Below are positions 62,655 through 64,000 of a stretch of DNA of 64,000 nucleotides, in pieces (the first letter of the stretch is position 1; each line of letters opens with the position of its first letter). Source of the stretch: the human T2T-CHM13v2.0 reference genome, Homo sapiens; NCBI RefSeq assembly GCF_009914755.1, contig NC_060938.1; one strand, written 5' to 3'. A program made the position numbers and the translations under genes. The notes beneath the pieces were generated by a model that saw only the letters and a program-made list of their open reading frames with translations, ran no database searches and had not been told where the DNA came from.

Positions 62655-64000
62655 TTTTTTTGTATTTTTTAATTGACGTCATATTTAGTTGTACATATTT
62701 TTGGGGTACATGTGATATTTTGCTACATGTATACAATATGTAATAATCAAATCAGGGTAATTGGGATATCATCACCTCAAACATTTATATTTTTGTATTG
62801 GAACATTACAGTTCTTTCTAGTTATTTTGAAACATATAATAAATTGTTATTAACTATAATTTCCATAATGTACTATCAAATACTTACTCTTATCTAACTG
62901 TATTTTTGTACTCATCAACCAACTTCTCTTCATCCTCCCCTACCACTCTTCCTTTTCCAGCCTCTAGTAACCATTATTCTACTCTACCTCCATGAGATCC
63001 ACTTTTGTAGCTCCCACATGTGAGTGAGAACATGTAGTATATTTGTCTTTCTGTGCCTGGCTTATTTCACTTAACATAATGAACTCCAGGTCCATCCACG
63101 TTGTTTCAAATGACAGGATTTCATTCTTTTTATGCCCATGTAATAGTCCATTGTATACATGTACCACATTTTTTTATTCATTCATCTGTTGATGGACACT
63201 TAGGTTGATTCCATATCTTGGCTATTATGAATAGTGCTACAATAAATATGGGAGTGCACCTGTCTCTTTGACATAGTAATTTCCTTTCTCTTGGATATCT
63301 ACCCAGCAGTGAGATTTCTGGATCATATGGTAGTTCTATTTTTAGTTTTTCAAGGAACTTCCATACTGCTTTTTGGGGTTGTTTGTTTGTTTTTGAGATG
63401 GAGTCTTGCTCTTTCGCTGAGGCTGGAGTACAAGTGGCGCACTCTTGGTTCGCTGCAACTTCTGCCTCCCAGGTTCAAGTAATTCTCCTGCCTCAGCCTC
63501 CCGAGTAGCTGGGATTACAGGTGCCTGACACCACGCCTGGCTAAATTTTTTTTGTGTTATTAGTAGAGACGGGGTTTCACCATGTTGGCCGGGCTGGTCT
63601 CAACCTCCTGACCTCAAGTAATCCACCCTCCTCAGCCTCCCAAAGTGCTGGGATTACAGATGGGAGCCACTGTGCCCAGCCTCATACTGTTTTTCATAAC
63701 GGTTGTCCTACTTTACATTCCCATCAACAGTGTACAGGCATTCCCCTTTCTCTGCATCTCTGCCAGCACTTGATTTTTTGTCTTTTTGATAATAACCATT
63801 CTAACTATAGTGAGATGATAACCCATTGTGGTTTTGATTTGCATTTCCCTGATGATTGATGTTGAATTTTTTCATTTAACTGTTGGCCATTTGTATGTCT
63901 GCTTTTGTAGAGATGTCTATTCAGGTATGTTGCCCATTTTTAATTTGATTATCTATCTTTTTGCTATTGATTGTTTGAGTTCCTTATATATTCTGGTTAT
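62655..64000 (-). mobile_element. L1MA-like 3' portion interrupted by an Alu (63370-63681, minus)
   Basis: Reverse L1 3'UTR and ORF2 C-terminus (ORF 62979-63167); runs off the window end. Confidence 0.85.

Overview
Primate (human-like) genomic DNA containing the head-to-head gene pair TXNDC16 (minus strand; two 5'UTR exons and two coding exons) and GPR137C (plus strand; coding exons 1-3). They share a CpG-island bidirectional promoter with four CCAAT boxes at about 11.9-13.8 kb. The rest is intronic and dense in transposons: about 30 Alu/FLAM/FRAM copies, two full-length but decayed L1PA elements in convergent orientation in GPR137C intron 1, a Tigger3b split by one of those L1s, an LTR3 solo LTR, MaLR/ERV LTRs, L2 and MIR. 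Main leads: (1) the antisense L1 keeps an open ORF0 with a strong Kozak ATG and a phase-2 splice donor that would fuse in frame to GPR137C exon 3; (2) a candidate 12-nt frame-preserving microexon; (3) a three-switch templated insertion at 21.9-22.0 kb; (4) a strong-Kozak uORF and an L2-derived splice acceptor in the TXNDC16 leader. Gene and repeat family names come from recognition, not database searches, and repeat boundaries are approximate unless a TSD is quoted.
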